A program made the position numbers and the translations under genes. The notes under the pieces were generated by a model. The model worked only from the letters and a program-made list of their open reading frames with translations. It did no database searches and was not told the DNA's origin. 64,000 nt of DNA from Azolla caroliniana (taxonomy: Eukaryota; Plantae; Polypodiophyta), in assembly GCA_043228905.1 (NCBI GenBank), contig JBHGNT010000007.1:1054001-1118000 (forward strand), written 5' to 3'. Shown here piece by piece: positions 48,209-61,800 of the stretch (positions within the stretch are counted from its first letter, which is position 1; each line of letters starts with the position of its first letter).

Positions 48209-51200
48209 TGTTAGAAGTTATAATTAACTAATTAGCTGGCAATGAGCAACTACTTAGTTAATTACTAAATATAACCCCACACCACAAGTTATTATTAGTA
48301 AAAAACGGTTTTCATGTAATAGTTGTAATTCAAAGAAGCTAACCTCATTTTTCCCTCCACTTTCTCTGCTATATAGAGAGGAAGTTGGGGAACCTGTTTG
48401 GTGTGCTCTCTACATCCTTGCATCTCTTAGCTATTACTCTTAGTTGTTGCATTACTGGCTTACTTTAATCAAATTCCTTGTTGCTTTTCCAAGTTATTCC
48501 ATAATTTCTACTTGTCATAATCTTGTACCTTGTGTCAAAATCTCAACATGGTATCAGAGCGTCAATACTACGAAGCCTAAAAATATATCACCCGCTCCAT
48601 ACTCTACTTTTGTTGTTCAAATACACACGCACACGCACACGCACACACACACACACACACACACAACAAAAAAAAGGACAACAACCTCAACATTATGGCA
48701 AGCTCCACTTAGACAAGAAAATACTCGGTAGATAAACTTACTACAAAGAACTACATAATTTGGAAACCAGTGATGGAGCTACTACTTGATTTGGAGGAGC
48801 TACTTGAAGTCACCATCAGGACCTGTCAAGCACCGAAAAATACACAATTAGAAGCATGGAAAGATTGGAAAAACAATGACAAAAGGGCAAAGCTTGAAAT
48901 ACTGCTACATGTACAAGACAAGCAAGTTGATGCCATTCAAAAACTCACAACTGCAATAGAAATGTGGTCTAAACTAAAACAGATGTTTGAACCACAAGAT
49001 GATACTACTAGAATCCATACTCTTGCTACCTTGTTTCACATGTGTGTTTTGTAGGAAGAAGAATATATTCTTACCTTCTTGGATACTTGGAAGATATATC
49101 TCGAAGAAGCCACCATTGCGGGAAATGAAATCTCAGAATAAAATGAAGGTTGGGCTCCTATTGAGTAAACTTCTCTTGCTACCCTGTTTCACATGTGTGT
49201 TTTGCAAGAAGAAGAATATATTCTTACCTTCTTGGATACCTGGGAGATATATCTCGAAGAAGCCACCACTACGGGAAATGAAATCTTAGAATCAAATGAA
49301 GATTGGGCTCCTATTGAGTAAACTTCTCTTGCTACCCTGTTTCACATGTGTGTTTTGTAGGAAGAAGAATATGTTCTTACCTTCTTGGATACCTGGGAGA
49401 TATATCTCGAAGAAGCCACTACTGTGGGAAATGAAATCTTAGAATAAAATGAAGATTGGGCTCCTATTGAGTAAACTTCCAGAATCCTGGAGCACATTTG
49501 TCACCTTGAATAGCCAAGGTAATTCTTTGTCTGATTTGATTACCATGACCCGCCATGAAAAACTTTGGCAGTAATTAAAAGAATCCACTCCGTCTCTGGC
49601 AATGACTACAACATTTAACAGAACACAACAATCATCATATAGTAATAGATATAGAGCTAAATCAGATGCTTACAGAAATGTAGAAATATCAAGTACCAAC
49701 AAGGTAAATGATGCTTGGAAAGCTTCAATAAAAGAGTCAAATGGTGGTTTCAAACTAATTTGAAGATATTGTAAGAAAGAAGGGCATACAGAAAGGGTGT
49801 GTCGATTCAAGCAAGCTGTAGAAAACAAAAGACAATCACAAGCAAATAATGCAATATTAGAAGAAAAATCAAACTCGAAATCAGAAGAATATATAGAATT
49901 TGGAGGGGATTCAGATGAAATACCAAAAGATGACAATATTTTGCAAGCATACCATGTCATTGCAGAAGAGACAAAAATTGAACATGATACATGGTACCTA
50001 GACACTAGTGCTACACATCACCTCACATACCAAAAGGACTGGTTAAATTGCTATGATCAGGTTCTGTCCAATCCACTATCAGTTACTTTTGGAGACAACG
50101 GACGAAAAACAACAATTGCCAAAGGAAGTATTCAACTCATATTGTCAGATAATCACGAGATTATAGTCCCAAATGTCTATTATGTACCAGGACTAGCTAA
50201 GCACCTATTATTTGTTGGACAAGCAACTATAGATGGACTAACAATACAATTCTGTAAAGAGAAAACACTTCTATTTTTAAAAAATGGGAACACAAGTACA
50301 CAGTTGGTGTGTCCTAAGGAGAAGCACTTATATCCAATACGGAGTCATCGTCCAAATGCATTCTCAGTAGTCTTGCAAATACAAAACAAGAAAAGATCTT
50401 CACTAACTCAGTTATGGCATCGCCGGCTTGGGCATGTACACTATCAAGCACTACAACAATGTCAACAACAAAAAAGAGTTCAAGGTTTGCCATCTAAAAT
50501 CTTCAATTCAGTTTTCATGTGTGAGAGCTGTTTATTTGGAAAAATGACACACTAGTCATTTACAGATAGGTGTACAATGACAGAGCGTCTACTTCAACTC
50601 GTCCATGCATATCTATGTGGACCATTCCCGATACCATCCTTATCAAGTGCAAGGTATTTCATTTCTTTCATAGACCATACCACTAGATTCATAGTAGTAA
50701 GCTTTATTAAGAAAAAAATCAAGCATTTGCAACATTCTGGAAGTATAAAAAATATGTAGAAAACAAACATCAAGCACCATCAAGACACTTCACAACAACA
50801 ATGGATGGGAGAATATCTCTCATGAATGGGAAAATTTTTGTCAAGAAAATGGTATCCTTCACCAGAAAACGGTTCCCTACACACCACAACAGAATGGTGT
50901 GGCAGCAAGAAAAAATAGAACCATGCTTAATGCAGCTCGCTGCATGCTAGAAACTGACCACATGGAGCAACACTTTTGGGAGGAGACAATCTCCATTGCT
51001 TGCTACCTGCAAAACAGATTTTCACATAGTGCATTAGGAAATGCAATCCCTTTTACATTATGGTATGGCTATCCACCTAATGTTTCTCATCTTAGAGTAT
51101 TTGGTGCAGTTGCCTATGTGTATGTTCATGAGCACCGCAAATCCAAACTAGATGATCGATGTTTCAAAGGGAGATTCATTGGATATGGTGACTCCAAAGG

Positions 51201-52995
51201 CATGAAAGCATACAAAATCTACAACTCATAGACTAGTAAGGTGGTTTATAGTAGATATGTTAAATTTGATGAAGATTGGTTATTTGATGAAGGAGGTTCT
51301 ACAAAGTCCGGACAAAGACAAATGGCTGGAGGTAGTACAAGTTGAGGCTAATGCAGTATACAAGAATCACACAGGCAAAGTTGTCTAGAAGCCACCTAAA
51401 CTCAAATGTGGTAAGTTGTAAGTGGCTGTTTACAAAAAAATATGATGCCCACAGGAATATTCGCTTTAAGGCATGACTTGTTGCAAGGGGTTTCACTCAA
51501 ATCCTTGGTGTGGATTATCATGAGACTTTTTCTCCTACACTCAAACTCACCTCTCTCCGTCTTATTTTTGCAATCACTGCCTACTTAATTTAGAATTGCA
51601 TCATGTTGATATTGAGACAACTTTCTTACATGGAGATTTGAAGGAAGAAATCTACATGGAGCAACCACAACTCTTGAAGGACGAATTACATCCCAACGAT
51701 GTCTACAAATTGCACAAACCATTATATGGTTTAAAGCAGTCTCCCAGGCAATGGTATGCAAAACTTTATAGATTTCTTCTCACAAATAGTTTTGTTCAAT
51801 TACAATCCGAGCCAACTTTGTATGTTCGAAAGAAATATCGCAATTTTCTTCTTTTGGGTGTCTATGTGGATGATCTTCCTATTGTTGGCACCTCTAAGGC
51901 TGACATTCTTCAATTTGTCAACGACTTACAACAAGCTTTTCCCACCAAACATCTCAGTGAGCTAGAATATTTCCTTGGATTGGAGGTCAACCAGAATCAA
52001 AGTCTTGGCACTCTATATGTATCTCAATGTAAACTAGTTGACAACATCTTGCATAAATACGATATGATTGCTTGTTCCCCAGTTGCCACTCCCCTCACAG
52101 TCCCTTGTCATCTTTCCACCTCTGACTCTCCCTCTACAAATGAAGAGGAATCCTTCATGCAAAGTATAACCTACCACCATATTCTAGGGAGCTTAAGATA
52201 CTTGGTGAGTTGCACTTGGCCAGATCTATCATATTCTACGGGATTCTTATCTAGGTTTATGGAGAACCCTAGCCCTCGTCATTGGGAAACTTTGAAACGT
52301 GTCCTTCGCTACTTGAAATATTCAAGAGATATGACACTAACCTATAAAGCCTTATTGCCCTCCTCTAAATGTGACATGGTGGTTCTTCAAGGATGGACAT
52401 ATGCGGATTGGGGAGGTGACAGGGACACATCTCGGTGCACATCTAGGTTTGTTTTCACTTTTGCTAGTGGTGCCATTACATGGAGAACCAAGAAACAAGC
52501 TACCTTGGCATTATCCTCCACCAAAGCAAAATATATTGCGGTTACTTTGGTGGCTAAGGAGGGCCTTTGGCTACAATCAATTTTTTTGGAACTTGACATC
52601 ATCCACATAATCAAATTTCGACATTGGTGTGATAACCAATCATGCATAAAGATTTCAAGGAAGCCTAAAATCACTTATCAAAGTAAGCATATTCAGGCTC
52701 GATTCGATTTTTGTGTGAATTATTTGAAGATGGTGTCTTGCAAATTGGTTATAAAGTTTTAATATTAGTTGTAATTTAAAGAAGCCTACCTCATTTTTCC
52801 CTCCACTTTCTCTGCTATATAGAGAGGAAGTTGGGGAACCTGTTTGGTGTGCTCTCTGCAGCCTTGCATCTCTTAGCCATTACTCTTAGTTGCTGCATTA
52901 TTGGCTTGCTTTAATCAAATTCCTTGTTGCTTTTCTAAGTTATTTCATAAATTAGGCTTGTCATAATCTTGTACCCTGTGTCAAAATCTCTAACA
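48209..52995 (+). mobile_element. Near-complete degenerate Ty1/copia element
   Basis: 5' LTR 48209-48548, Met PBS 48549-48560, gag, WYLDTSATHHL protease, LWHRRLGH/CESC, integrase, RT (YGLKQSPRQW, YVDDL), RNase H; partial 3' LTR about 52760-52995. Confidence 0.93.
49021..49479 (+). repeat. Three tandem copies of a 153-bp unit inside copia gag
   Basis: Units start at 49021, 49174 and 49327. Confidence 0.92.
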
Positions 52996-53546
52996 TCCCC
53001 TTCTATGATGATTTATATATACATATATCATTGAAATAGTATGAATTTCCCTTCATTATCTCTATCGTGTCGACGTGTATAATAAATCTCCCACCCCAAG
53101 CCCCCGAGACATCAACGATTTCAGCGTTAGGTGGTAACTGTGGTGGTTTGTGTTAACACGATCATTAATTATGATTCATTCAGGATGAGGAACAGCTTTG
53201 ATTAATACTAAAATTTTGACAGATTACAAGTGTCTTGAATAAGAGATTACAAACAACATTCTAGTGCTAGATTGATTAACAGAGTTACAGACAGCCCTAC
53301 ATTACTATCATCATCACAGTATAAAGTCTACTAATAGGAGGAGGAGGAGGAGGAGGATTGGGAAGCTTCCTAACTAAAGGGCAGAGGAGAATTAAGTAAC
53401 AATGCAAATGCAGGATGTGAGAGATGCATAATGTTGTATGAGAGACTATACTAATGCTATTGCAGGGAGTAATTACAATATGCCGAACATCTGTAGATGG
53501 CAGTTAGCCATGGATGGGATGGGATGGGATGGGAGGAAAATGGCAA

Positions 53547-53981
53547 TCAATGTGGAGCTCCCTTGCCCTTCTCCTGACCCTGCGAAGGGGCGTTGGGAGG
53601 CATGGTCATGGGCATGGTGGGCATGGGCATATGATGTGCAGCCTCCGCCATGTCTGGAACGGCAGAGAACTTCTGATCGTTAAGTGTTGTTGCAAGACCG
53701 GGGGTTCCAATGTGGTAGACATACGGTCTGTCGTCGCAGTTCCAGCACAAGTAGTCCAGCATCGACCTCTGCGGCATCGCCATGGCGGCGGGGCTCGGGC
53801 TAGGGCTAAGGCTAGGGTTAGGGTTAGGGTTAGGGTTAGGGTTAGGGTTAGGGTTAGGGTTCGGGTTAGAGAAGGCGGATTTAGGGCGCGCAGATGCAGC
53901 CGTCAACGTTAACAGGAGCACCGTCACCGTCACCGTCATCGTCATGACGGCAGCAGTGAGAGGGCGGCGGGAAAGGGCCAT
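53547..53981 (-). CDS. Small secreted protein / peptide precursor, copy 2 (144 aa): signal peptide, (NP)9, DY-x-CWNC core
   Basis: Inverted paralog of 34387-34824 inside a duplication of about 1.19 kb (34045-35232 vs 53143-54326); intact frame. Confidence 0.85.
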   Translation of the reverse strand: MALSRRPLTAAVMTMTVTVTVLLLTLTAASARPKSAFSNPNPNPNPNPNPNPNPNPSLSPSPSPAAMAMPQRSMLDYLCWNCDDRPYVYHIGTPGLATTLNDQKFSAVPDMAEAAHHMPMPTMPMTMPPNAPSQGQEKGKGAPH

Positions 53982-55896
53982 TATATTATCTATGTATGTA
54001 TGTATGTATGTATATAGGTTATAAAACACACCTAAATATGTATGTATGTAATGACAAGGATTTTTGCACAACGTAAATAATAAATAATGACAAGGATTTT
54101 TTTTTGAAGTAAGTAAGTAAGTAAGTAATGGATGTATGGATGTACTTAATTACGATTACATTCTCTCTCTCTCTGTCTTTATATACATAGTAATGGCAGG
54201 CGGTTGCTTTTTTCCTGCGTTTTTACTCTGCGTTTTTTCGTTGCTTTTTTTATTTTTTGTGTACGTGCGTGCGGGTGATTTTTTTATGAGTATAGACTTT
54301 ATAGTGTTTCCTGTCCAAAGATACTTACTTGGGTAGGCCCACCGACTTAGGCCGCAGAACTTACTCAAGCTTTCTTTATTTCTGGTTCTTTTGGGTGCAT
54401 GCCATAAATGGGCGAATGTAGAGCTTGGGAGATGGGCTTTTGAACAATCCGTGGTGTTAGAGAAAAATTGTGCTTCTGCTTATGTGGCCATAGGAAATAT
54501 AAATGCAGCTGCTGGGTCGCATCCCATCTAATAATATTGGTATCCATGGTTCGTAAAACCTTTGATGTCATCCACAATGTTCACGATGAAGTTAAGCCTT
54601 GTTATCATCATTGATCATGGCTTGTTACAATGTCATTAAACAACACCCTATTCTTTAATATGTGCTATAAACTTCTGTATATTTTTACACGTGAAGTTAC
54701 CATCCATAAGATCTTGGTTAATGATAAAATAGTCTCAATATTATATTAATGTACTGATGATAAATAACAATTGTGCACAAGGTGATAGAGATTGGCATTG
54801 TAAGCGATAAATAGAAAAAAAGTCTGATTTAGTGCAAAAAGAAAAAAACTAAATCATCATTAAAAAATTACAAACTAATGCTGGAGAGTTGGGTATACAT
54901 GAATTCGTATATATGCAATACATTGGCTAGTTTAGTTAATCATGGATTTGTATAAAACTAATTACTTTGAGAGGATGTTGGAGTTAATCTCGGATGTACT
55001 CAACATTTTAACACATATTTGGACATAAATAATGTATTGGTTTTATTATTATGATGGTACAAATTACAAGGTAAATACTTTATCCTTAAGTACTCCTATA
55101 TAAGATTTAACCATTCGAGAGCGGTCCTTGTGCCAATGTATCAAGCAATGGAATATGTGTAGATTCCATTGGGGTTGAGATTCAATATGGGTCACATGTA
55201 CTAAAAAATGTAGAAATATCTATCAAGCACATAAAGAATCGTGAATGAAGATATCGAGCTCCCCTTGATCTAGCAACATCCATAAGGTGAATGACAAGAA
55301 TGTTATAAGCCCTTTGAGCATTGGCCATTGCCACCTAATAAAGAGTAGTTTGCACGTAATTGCAACACAAGCATGACCGTTGTATACAATTGGCAGTCCA
55401 TGAACATAAAATGATGTCTATATAACTTTAGAACCATATTTGATATCTTAAATTGGAAATATTAGTAAGGCTCATGGGAATATTAAAATAAAATATGATT
55501 TTATATAAGAAATGAAATTATTTTCATCAACATTTTTGGTAGAAGGTTAATAAGACCAAATCTCCATGGTTTAGGAAACTTTACGAATCTTGAAACAATA
55601 TCGTAAGATGACCTTTAAGTTGCTCAATAACATTGACCATGCTTGTCACATCTCCTTACTAAGTGAGCATCCCTAAAGTGATAGATTTATGAAATATTGA
55701 ATACAATATTGCCAATAAATATTTGTGGGATCATAACTCAAATTAGTGTTCTTTTTGGGGAAAAAAAACACTACACATTAGTTAGCAAACAAATTAGTGT
55801 TGATCATTAGGTGCAAGTTGCAACAAATTCAATCTAGCATAGCGGACATTTACCCCAATAAAAGAAATGATGGGACTAGCCATTACAATAACTTAG

Positions 55897-58050
55897 TTTC
55901 AGATTCAAGCCTATAAAACGAGATTGTTGATAATTATGCACATCAAGGTCTTGTAGGCCATCATTTAGGGTTTCCTCTCACACCTCCCCCACTGTTCGAG
56001 GAGGAGCAGCGTTTCAGATTCAAGCCTATAAAACAAGATTGTTGATAATTATGCATATCAAGGTCTTGTAGGCCATCATTTAGGGTTTCCTCTCACACCT
56101 CCCCCACTGTTCGAGGAGGAGCAGGGTTTGAGGAGTGAACCCCCTCCCCCCACCCCCCTTTCACAACGCCTAAGTTGAGAGGGGGATTGGGTCTTATTGA
56201 TCCCCTTTCACAATCGAAAGCCTTACTTGCCAAATTTGTGGTGCGAGGACTCCAACCAAGAAATGATTGTTGGAAAATGCTACTGAGGTTACGTTTCGCA
56301 ACGCCTAAGTCGAGAGGGGGATTGGGTCTTATTGATCCCCTTTCACAATTGAAAGCCTTACTTGCCAAATTTGTGGTGTGAGGACTCCAACCAAGAAATG
56401 ATTGTTGGAAAATGCTACTGAGGTTACGTTTCGCTTACTTTAGGCCAAGAAAAGGGGTCAATTGGGCCCCCCAAACGGGATGGATTCTAAACATGGATCT
56501 CAAACCTAGTTTCTCCCGCCATTTGGAGGACAGATTCAGTGCATCCATGTGGAAGGCATGGTGTGACATTCGTCGAGGGCTCCAGTGTGATCAACCGAGA
56601 TCCGAACTTGCCTGGCTCAGTCAACGTATCCTATGGAACCCATGTCTCAAGGATGAATCTAATCAATGACTGGGATCACGTAAGGGGTTGTCATGGGGAT
56701 ACATTGCAGAAGGTCCAGGCAAAAGTATAGAATGTTGGCGATGGTTTATGTCAATGCCACTACAAGATCAAGCGAACATACTCCATGGAATCAGGGGCGG
56801 ATGGACTATGAGATCGGAAATCATTAACGCGCTATTGATTAGGGAATCTGCTACTCAAAGGATGACAATGGAGAAATGGATAGGCCACGAGGAGGAGGGT
56901 TCTCTGATCCCGAGAGGTAGGGGACCACCAGACAGACTCGAAGGCCCTGAATTGCGAGACATTGAGACACCCACACAGAATAACGCCATTTGAGTACTCG
57001 CGTAGACTGGTCATAAATGGATTGTAGATCCTGATCCGATCAAAGTTCAACCCGATTGGCATATATGTACTCATGAAAACACATGGCTACGTAAGGTCAG
57101 TTGGGACCCTTTACAATGGACATGGCGTGATCCCTATGCGGGGCAAGGAAGCAAACCCATCCCTTTCTTCCAATTCACAACTAGATTGGGTCGCCACATT
57201 CTAGCTACTCAAGCCGCCCGAGAACCGGCTGCTGCGAAGGTCTGGCACACATTTCAAGTTCCCTCCGCAATAATCACCAAGTTTTGGTAGAAAATCTGGA
57301 AGCAACAACACGCGAGGCGAATTACCACTTTCCAATGGCTATTAATACATAAGTCCCTACCGGTGGGAGCATGGCAACGTAGGAACCTTACCTCTCCTAA
57401 TTGTGTAGAGTGCCCACATGCAGTAGAATCCATACGACACGCTTTGTGGGACTGCCCAACATCCCATAGAATATGGCGGGGGGTTGGCCGCTTGTTGCAA
57501 TTATGCCAGGTGCAAGGTTCAATCAAGTGGGGAAATATATGTTGGCTATCATGGCAGGCTGCAATTGGCCGATACGAGCATCAGGAGGAGGGGATGACTT
57601 TGGTGATAAAAGCACAAGAGGTCCTTTTCTCCACCAGCGGCAATGTCCACTCTATTCCTCTTAATGACAAATCTCACGAGGTGTTGGAATTGGTCAGCCC
57701 AATAACCCTTTGGATTCTATGGAAACAACGATGTAGGCGAGTCTTCGTCAACCAAACTGCCCATCCAACAAGGTTACTGCAAGAGATATGGAGTGAAATT
57801 GTAGCCACTCTGAAGAGCCAATATGATAGCCTTAAAGGTGGCGCCGAGGGAGTTGAAAGACAACGCATAGCCTTCATCCAACAATGGTCGTCCTCTCCCT
57901 TTCTTGAGTCAGTGGGCATCCACATAAGATGGAACTATCGCATCCCTTTAGGGATTTGTACATAATCGTCTCATTTGTAAAATTTTATAACTAATGGAAG
58001 GAGTGTTTTTTTGGAAAAAAGAAAAAAGAAAAAAGAAAAAAAGAAACCAA
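55897..58050 (+). mobile_element. LINE 3' fragment (post-RT region, zf-RVT) with A-rich tail and two local tandem duplications at its 5' end
   Basis: PKSRGGLGLIDP, CVECPHAVESIRHALWDC, LWILWKQRC; (GAAAAA)n tail at about 58014-58046; duplications of about 115 bp and 132 bp. Confidence 0.88.
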
Positions 58051-58819
58051 AAGATAAACCAAAGGGGCTATCTTCCCAATAAAGGTTGGAAACCAACTAG
58101 AGCCATTTGATGTACATATGATGATGCATACCTTAGGCACATATACACAAATCGAAAATCATATGATGATGCATACCTTAGGCACATATACATTATCAAT
58201 ATTTTAGAACGAGTATACCACATCATGCATTACAATTTACATATATATGATCCAACAAACTCCATGTTGATTAACATTGCATAGATTGAAAGGTATAATC
58301 AAGTACTATTCTATGAATCCAACTTCACTAATCGTACTTCAATGACTTCTACTATGAACAAATATGAAGTCTCTCTTTCTAGATTATCCATTGAACTATG
58401 TATTTATTTGAGGTGAATTTGACAACATATTAAAATTACCGAACAACCACTCTTACAAGATGTAAGCATCACCAATAGTTGAATGACATCATTTGGTGCA
58501 TAAATGCTAGCAAGCCATATTGTTTCCCCTTTGTCTTTCCGAATGCAATTGAGGAGAAATGAACAAATTCAATGGAGAAGAAATCAAATGTCAGGTTCTC
58601 ACAAAATACATCTTTGAAACATTGGTGACACTGATGCTTCTCTATGGGGTGACAACATTCCAATGTTTATTTGGAAAGAGTTTACAAATAAACTCAATAC
58701 ATATTCCACATTGAAATATAAGATGAATAGCAGCACTGGCAAAATTATCCATAAACTCATGAAAATTTATCAAACTCATCCATCTAAGGGACTTTCACTT
58801 GAATTTAAGAGATGTGGTG

Positions 58820-61800
58820 TTTTGTTTTTTTTTATTTTTCCAAAAAAAACTCCTTCCATTAGTTATAAAATTTTACAAATGAGACGATTATGTACAAATC
58901 CCTAAAGGGACGCAATAGTTCCATCTTATGTGGATGCCCACTGACTCAAGAAAGGGAGAGGACGACCATTGTTGGATGAAGGCTATGCGTTGTCTTTCAA
59001 CTCCCTCGGAGCCGCCCTTAAGGCCCTCATATTGGCTCTTCAGAGTGGTTACAATTTCAGTCCATATCTCTTGCAGTAACCTTGTTGGATGGGTAGTTTG
59101 GTTGGAGAAGACTCGCCTACATCGTTGTTTCCATAGAATCCAAAGGGTTATTGGGCTGACCAATTCCAACACCTCTTGAGATTTGTCATTAACAGGAATA
59201 GAGTGGACATTATCGCTGGAGGAGAAAAGGACCTCTTGTGCTTTTATCACCAAAGTCATCCCCTCCTCCTGATGCTCGTATCGGCCAATTGCAGCCTGCC
59301 ATGATAGCCAACATATATTTCCCCACTTGATTGAACCTTGCACCTGGCATAATTGCAACAAGCGGCCAACCCCCCGCCATATTCGATGGGACGTTGGGCA
59401 GTCCCACAAAGCGTGTTGTATGGATTCTACTGCATGTGGGCACTCTACACAATTAGGAGAGGTAAGGTTCCCACGTTGCCATGCTCCCACCGATAGGGAC
59501 TTATGTATTAACAACCATTGGAAAGTGTTAATTCGCCTCGCATGTTGTTGCTTCCAGATTTTCTACCAAAACTTCGTGATTATTGCGGAGGGCACTTGAA
59601 ATGTGTGCCAGACCTTCGCAGCAGCCGGTTCTCGGGCGGCTTGAGTAGCTAGAATGTGGCGACCCAATCTAGTTGTGAATTGGAAGAAAGGGATGGGTTT
59701 GCTTCCTTGACCCGCGTAGGGATCACACCATGTCCATTGCAAAGGGTTCCAACTGACCTTACGTAGCCATGTGTTTTCATGAGTACATATATGCCAATCG
59801 GGTTGAACTTTGATCGGATCAGGATCTACAATCCATTTATGACCAGTGTATGCGAGTACTCGAATGGCATTTTTCTGTGTTGGTGTCTCAGTGTCTCGCA
59901 ATTCAGAGCCTTCGAATCTGTTTGGTGGTTCCCTACCTCTCAGGATCAGAGAACCCTCCTCCTCGTGGCCTATCCATTTCTCCATTTGAGTAGCAGATTC
60001 CCTAATCAGTAGAGCATTAATGATTTCCGATCTCATAGTCCATCCGCCCCTGATTCCATGGAGTATGTTCGCTTGATCTTGTAGTGGCATTAACATAAAC
60101 CGTCGCCAACATTCTATACTTTTGCCTGGACCTTTTGCAATGTATCCCCATGACAACCCCTTATGTGATCCCAGTAGTTGATTAGATTCATCCTTGAGAC
60201 ATGGGTTCCATAGGATACGTTGACTGAGCCAGGCAAGTTCAGATCTCGGTTGATCACACTTGAGCCCTCGACGAATGTCACACCATGCCTTCCACATGGA
60301 TGCACTGAATCTATCCTCCAAATGGCGGGAGAAACTAGGTTTGAGATCCATGTTTAGAATCCATCCTGTTTGGGGGGGCCAATTGACCCCTTTTCGTGGC
60401 CTAAAGTAAGCAAAACGTAACCTCAGTAGCATTTTCCAACAATCATTTCCTGGTTGGAGTCCTCGCACCACAAATTTGGCAAGTAAGGCTTTCAATTGTG
60501 AAAGGGGATCAATAAGACCCAATCCCCCTCTCGACTTAGGCGTTGTGAGTATAGAATTTGCAGATGACACAACAGTCTACCTGCAAGGGGACCTGGAAAA
60601 CCTCCAAAAGCTAGAAAGTGGGCTAGCTTTATTTTGCAAGAGATCCAACGCCATGATCAATTGGCACAAATCCTGTGCAATATGGCTCTCTCAAGAAACA
60701 CATTCGGCATGGCACCCACACCCCGCTTTCAAATGGATCAATCAAGGAGCGAGCACCAAATATTTGGGCTTCCAAATTGGTTTCAACATATCGCCGGAGA
60801 CTATGATTGCACCCGTTATCCTTTCCATTCGACAAAAATTGATACATTGGAGCTCGAAAAAATTGTCGCTAGCAGGTCGCATCATAGTGGCAAATCAGGT
60901 ACTCCTTGCAACAACATGGTACAGTTTATCATGTTGGACAATCTCCAAGGAAAGTATACATCAGATTCAACGACTGGTTCGCAACTACATTTGGTCTGGT
61001 AAGGAAGACCATGTAGCTCACTATCCAGGATGCTTTGGTAAGAATGAGGTATGGGAAGACCACGTAGGTTGAGATGCCGCGACTTGAGAAAGCAAGAGAG
61101 TGCTTCGGCGTATAATAGAAATAAGGATGGAGCTAGTGGGCATCCCTGTTGTACAGAGCAGGATATTCGGAAAAAGGGGCCCCTTTCACCTGCCAGCGAA
61201 ACGCAACTGCTGTCATTCCTATAAAATCCTGCAATGCCTTTGATCCATGTCTCTTGAAGCCGAGTTTCCTCATCACACTTTCTAGAAAGTTCCAGCATAC
61301 CCTGTCATATGCCTTCTCAAAATCTAGTAGCACCACCGTTACCTTCTTGTTGGTCCTCTTGGCAAGGGCTACTGCTTCCCAGAATGAGAAGAGGTTGTCT
61401 AGGATGCTCCTATTTCTAACGAAACCTGTCTGAGACGGATGAATGAGTTGAGGGAGAAGTGGAAGTAAACGACGTGCCACAATTTTTGCGAGCAACTTAT
61501 AGACAGTATTGAGAAGAGTAATGGGCCGCCACTTGTGAATGTCGTTGGCATTCCCACCACTTTTAGGAATGAGATGTATCATCCCCTGTCCAAATTCCTC
61601 CGGCGTGCTTCCAGAGGTGATGATCTCCTCATATGCCTGTAGGAGGTCTTCTTTAATAGTGCCCCAAAGGCATGTGAAAAAGTGTGGGGTGAGACCGTCG
61701 ATTTTGGGGCAGCTCTCGGCATCTAAATCAGTGAGGGCCTCCCATATCTCAATGATTGATAGGGGACGCATGAGCTAGGTATTCATTTCCGGCGTGACTT

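Noticed and set aside
54330-55890. Possible decayed helicase/Helitron or other TE coding remnant
   Set aside because: AT-rich sequence with no convincing motif series.
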